The notes under the pieces: generated by a model
Seen by the model: only the letters and a program-made list of their open reading frames with translations
What the model was told of the DNA's origin: nothing
Databases searched by the model: none
Translations under genes and position numbers: made by a program
Shown here: one piece after another, positions 33,853-37,240 of the stretch
Layout of the letters: the number at the start of each line of letters is the position of its first letter
How positions within the stretch are numbered: position 1 is the first letter of the stretch
Source: a virus
Lineage: Duplodnaviria > Caudoviricetes
IMG/VR virus record: IMGVR_UViG_3300044843_000038
Coordinates: 1 to 37,240 of that record
Length of the DNA: 37,240 bases
Reading direction: 5' to 3' (one strand)

Positions 33853-34474
33853 ATTCGACATCGCTCCATCGATATTCGTACGTCCCGATGTGTCCTATCT
33901 CAAGACTCAATTCGTGATCCACGAACGTCTGAATACCGTGATCTAGGGCTTTTACACAGAAATGCACATCTTCGCCAATTAGACCACCCGCCCCCCATAC
34001 TACATCAAACCAAGGTTGGGGCATAGCCTCAAACACAGATTTGTGGGTTAGCACAACCCCAAAACCTACAGCAGTGACAGCCTCGATACCCTTCTTGCCT
34101 CTGCTCTCAATTTTCTCGAAGATTTCCTTGTCTTGATGGAAGTTAATAGCCGTAGGTAAAACGGGCTTTCGTCTCGTGACTGCGTTAACCCCGACGATCT
34201 GTTTGCCGTGAGCTAACAGACGCTCCAAGGTGTTCTTGGGGAACCTCATATCCGAGTCAACCCAGAGAATGTATTCCGCACCGTCTGCCAGCGCTTCTTT
34301 CGCTAGAGACTCGCGTTGAGAGAAGATCAGCGTGCCTGGCGCTGTGTAGAGCAATAAAGCACCACCGTGTTTGCCGACCCGATTAGCACCGTCATAAGCA
34401 GCCAATCGAGCCATGTCAAAAGATGTGCCGGTCATCATCGTGTCCCTGCATGGGACGCATAGAGCTACTTTCAT
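33809..34474 (-). CDS. Glycosyltransferase, GT-A fold, inside the head-tail module
   Basis: ILWVDSDM (DxD), VGFGVVL, GEDVHFC, IGHIG; ATGA-coupled start 34474. Confidence 0.85.
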   Translation of the reverse strand: MKVALCVPCRDTMMTGTSFDMARLAAYDGANRVGKHGGALLLYTAPGTLIFSQRESLAKEALADGAEYILWVDSDMRFPKNTLERLLAHGKQIVGVNAVTRRKPVLPTAINFHQDKEIFEKIESRGKKGIEAVTAVGFGVVLTHKSVFEAMPQPWFDVVWGAGGLIGEDVHFCVKALDHGIQTFVDHELSLEIGHIGTYEYRWSDVEYGPKHLQRTTNDDS

Positions 34475-34758
34475 ACTTTTCCTGGCCTCGTCCTGAAGTG
34501 TCTGTTTTCTGGGTCGTTCATCCACGCCCTAAATCTTTTCTCGTCAATCACCGCAAACCCACGCATGATGCCCTTGGCGTTTAGGTCATCAACCACAACA
34601 AAGGGAAGTTGTGCGTAGCGTGTCCATTCACCCCATCGCTCACGCTCGTCTGTCGCGTTGTACAGGGCTTTATTCTGCTCGACGATGTCAGTTATCTCTT
34701 GCGTTCTCTGGAACACAAACTGATCGTCGGTAGCGTGAAATGTTGTCTTTGTGCTCAT
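34471..34758 (-). CDS. Hypothetical protein downstream of capsid gene
   Basis: 95 aa, W.NDPENR.FRT motif; synteny. Confidence 0.75.
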   Translation of the reverse strand: MSTKTTFHATDDQFVFQRTQEITDIVEQNKALYNATDERERWGEWTRYAQLPFVVVDDLNAKGIMRGFAVIDEKRFRAWMNDPENRHFRTRPGKV

Positions 34759-34793
34759 AAAAAAAGGGAGGTTGTTACGCCTCCCTTCTTTTT
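34759..34793 (-). terminator. Rho-independent terminator after major capsid gene (possibly bidirectional)
   Basis: AAGGGAGG-CGTAACAA-CCTCCCTT stem flanked by A/T tracts. Confidence 0.85.
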
Positions 34794-34808
34794 ACCACAG
34801 TTTATAAC

Positions 34809-35765
34809 TTAGGCAGACTTCAGATCCGCGAGGATACCGTGAGCTGCCTCGTTACGCATTTCCATCGTGAACTCAGCAAGGATCTGGGTCTTTTCAGAGT
34901 CACCAGTTTTTGCAAGTTCGTTCGTCTGGAACGGACGCAGGTAACCAATCGCTGCGTACTCAGGGTCAAGGATGAACGCATCACGGCTACGAATGAAACG
35001 ATCTGGTACAACAGAGATCGAACCAAAGTCGCTGAGATAAACGTCAGCCGCGCCGATGATGGTCGTAGGAGCATCCGAAGGAGCCATGTAACGCTGTGCT
35101 GCGATACCAGCAAAGGTAGATACAGTCTGCTTCAGTGCAGGACCAACAACGAGGATCTTGGGGCTGCCGCCAGAGGTGTAAACCTGCTGAACGCCATCCT
35201 TAAGGATTGCCTCGGTAAAGGTACGGGTCGTACCGTCGCTACGGGTCGAAACACCGATGGTGGTGGGGTTAGCACCGTCCGAGGTGTTGTAGTTCGAGTT
35301 GGTCTTGAGCCAAGAAAGCAACGAACCCATCTTACGAGCGGTCGATGCGCCACCAGCAGAACGGCCCTGGTTAGCAGAAATGATCGTCTCTTGGTCACGC
35401 TTGAGTTCCTGCGAAGCCTTCGAGAGCTGGTAAGCCTTCTCTGCGCGGCGACCTGCAAGATCAACAGCCATCATCGTGCCGGAAACCTGGATCGTCTTAG
35501 CAACGATCTGGGTATAGTTACCGAGACGGGTTGTGGGCGAAAGCGTTGCAGCCGTAGCATCGTCACCTTCAACCTGTGCGTTGTTGGTGGTTGCTGCTGC
35601 GAGGGTATCCGTCTGCCACTCGTGGTAAACAGCGGTTGCCTTCGTGCGAGCAAGCGACGAAAGGATAGGGGTTTCTGTGGGGCTGATGTTGTAGATAACA
35701 TCAGTCAAGTCCTCACGCTGACCGACAGCCGTGAAGGTTTGGTATGTACCTGAAGGGACAGACAT
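34809..35765 (-). CDS. Major capsid protein (SU10/DUF5309-type)
   Basis: GQREDLTDVIYNISPTETP, HEWQTD.L, GNYTQI, Y.SDFG, LAKTGD motifs; AGGAG RBS; strong codon bias; terminator follows. Confidence 0.92.
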   Translation of the reverse strand: MSVPSGTYQTFTAVGQREDLTDVIYNISPTETPILSSLARTKATAVYHEWQTDTLAAATTNNAQVEGDDATAATLSPTTRLGNYTQIVAKTIQVSGTMMAVDLAGRRAEKAYQLSKASQELKRDQETIISANQGRSAGGASTARKMGSLLSWLKTNSNYNTSDGANPTTIGVSTRSDGTTRTFTEAILKDGVQQVYTSGGSPKILVVGPALKQTVSTFAGIAAQRYMAPSDAPTTIIGAADVYLSDFGSISVVPDRFIRSRDAFILDPEYAAIGYLRPFQTNELAKTGDSEKTQILAEFTMEMRNEAAHGILADLKSA

Positions 35766-35779
35766 CTTAATCTCCTAAA

Positions 35780-36715
35780 TCATAAAAATCGTTCAAACAC
35801 TCTGGCAGCGTCTTGACGAGATCCCGTCTTTTTTAGCCGCGCAAAGTCCTGTTTTGCAGCCTCTGTGGCTATGGTCTTACCTGTTGCGTTCCCAGCCCTT
35901 AGCATCTTGGGAGCCTCGGTAACCTTCTTGGTTACACCAGGCTTTGCCTTCTGCAACTTCTGGTACTGGCTTGCCATCCACAACGTCAATACAGCACGAG
36001 AGTCTGTCGCGTTAGCCAACTCGGTATCTGAATACCCGATTGACTTTGCAAAGCTACGAAGTTCAGACCGAACCTTCTCACCCTTTTCGGGGTGGGCATA
36101 GTCAGGAATTGCTTCTGCAACCCTCTTAGCCTCCTCAACAAGATGCTTCTCCAAATGTGCCTCGCGCTCTGCCTGTTGCTCTCTAGCAATGCGTTGCTGC
36201 TCTGCACGAATCTGCTGGACCTGCTTTTCCTGCTGGGTTCGTTCTGCGACCTTCACTGCGTAAGCAATGGGGTCGGTTTCCTTCAAGCTCTCAATATCCT
36301 CGCCACGCATTTGTTGGCTCAGGAAGTTATCCATCGCCTGCAAACGCTGCGAGTACGCATCTCTCGCCTGCTTTGCTTGCTCGATTGCGGTCTTTTCTGC
36401 CTCTACTGCCTTCCGCTGCTCGGCAAGCTGATTAGTCTTTTTGTGGTAATCCGTACCCTTTTGGTAGCCTTCGATCAGTTCTTGGAGGGTCACCTCGCGT
36501 TCTTCGCCTGCTGCTTTGACGATAAAACGCTGTTCCTCCTCTTGAACTTCCTCTCCAGACTCCTCGGACTCAGATTCACTGGCAACAAGTTCTTGCTCGT
36601 CTGTCTGGTCTTGAACTTGCTCCTGCGGAGGTTCGCCACCATCCATCATCCCTAAGAACGCATTTGCTGCCTGTCCCACCGTCAAGCTAGTCCCTTGCGG
36701 GTTGCTGCTATCCAT
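35780..36715 (-). CDS. Capsid scaffolding protein
   Basis: Acidic N-terminus, VTLQELIEGYQ...DY.KKT, coiled coil; precedes the capsid gene. Confidence 0.85.
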   Translation of the reverse strand: MDSSNPQGTSLTVGQAANAFLGMMDGGEPPQEQVQDQTDEQELVASESESEESGEEVQEEEQRFIVKAAGEEREVTLQELIEGYQKGTDYHKKTNQLAEQRKAVEAEKTAIEQAKQARDAYSQRLQAMDNFLSQQMRGEDIESLKETDPIAYAVKVAERTQQEKQVQQIRAEQQRIAREQQAEREAHLEKHLVEEAKRVAEAIPDYAHPEKGEKVRSELRSFAKSIGYSDTELANATDSRAVLTLWMASQYQKLQKAKPGVTKKVTEAPKMLRAGNATGKTIATEAAKQDFARLKKTGSRQDAARVFERFL

Positions 36716-36729
36716 AAACTAACCTCAAT

Positions 36730-36963
36730 TCAAAAAATACGAAACCGTTTCTTGACCATCTCGCCTTCGGCGGCAATAGCCTCCAAACGGGCTTTTACCT
36801 GATTGACTGCGCGAATCGAGCTGTAAGCCTCTTCACGTTGGTCAATCTCATCAGGATTGCTTCGGATGATACGCTCGATGTTGTCTTTTTCCAACTCAGC
36901 AAAGACTTCTTGCAAAAACTCATCGCCGAGTAATGCCTTGGCTCGTTCCCATCGTTGCGTCAT
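36730..36963 (-). CDS. Small helical protein upstream of scaffold
   Basis: 77 aa, ATGA-coupled. Confidence 0.75.
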   Translation of the reverse strand: MTQRWERAKALLGDEFLQEVFAELEKDNIERIIRSNPDEIDQREEAYSSIRAVNQVKARLEAIAAEGEMVKKRFRIF

Positions 36964-37240
36964 AACAGGCTCTTCACTTTCTCTTTAGGAATCCTTGACT
37001 CGTTCAAGGCTTCTAGGAAATCTTCGCCGTACTTGTTTACAGCCTTCTTCCTGATGACAAACTCTCCGTACTGGAGCGCACCAAAACCATCGTCATCGTT
37101 GCTTGGGTTAGGCCCAAGCAGAGACTTAACCTTGCCGCCCTTTGCGCTACCTGTTTGCTGCGCTGCATCGTCTGCCGCTTGTTGCGCCTGCTGCGCTGCT
37201 TGTTGAGCCAACTGAGCGTCAGTCTTAGCCCAATCGTAGT
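36960..37240 (-). CDS. 3' part of the origin-spanning 526-aa protein
   Basis: In frame with 1..1427; AKGGKV...GPNP...GEFVIRKKAVNKYG..FL..LN. Confidence 0.88.
   Translation of the reverse strand, partial: YDWAKTDAQLAQQAAQQAQQAADDAAQQTGSAKGGKVKSLLGPNPSNDDDGFGALQYGEFVIRKKAVNKYGEDFLEALNESRIPKEKVKSLL
37114..37240. repeat. Terminal direct repeat (copy 2)
   Basis: Identical to 1..127. Confidence 0.95.

Noticed and set aside
34839-35753. 304-aa plus-strand ORF antisense to the capsid gene
   Set aside because: Shadow ORF from strong codon bias; no RBS or protein-like composition

Overview
Apparently complete circular genome (37,113 bp unique plus a 127-bp terminal overlap, 1..127 = 37114..37240) of a tailed dsDNA phage with podovirus-type architecture: terminase, P22/SU10-like portal, scaffold, SU10/DUF5309-type capsid, adaptor, tail hub, three ejection proteins, tail-fibre and glycine-rich proteins, and a GH108 lysis cassette, all on the minus strand. 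A short plus-strand block (12.9-16.5 kb) encodes recombination functions (Sak-like annealase, NinB, YqaJ exonuclease, SSB-like protein). I see no integrase, CI-type repressor, DNA polymerase, helicase or primase. Gene style suggests an aquatic proteobacterial host (inference). The most unusual signals are non-coding. (i) At 12.09-12.50 kb a promoter drives a cloverleaf RNA whose loops match targets in its own leader (P1 C4/P4 CI-like), followed by a second ~220-nt GNRA-rich structured RNA ending in a G5-UA-G6 tract, upstream of a replication initiator lacking its DNA-binding domain. (ii) A ~45-nt promoter-terminator unit at the head of the late genes carries an 11-nt perfect complement to that initiator's ribosome-binding site. 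Three glycosyltransferases and a 526-aa Pro/Thr-rich origin-spanning protein missed by the ORF track suggest virion glycosylation. All family assignments are from motif recognition by eye, not database searches.
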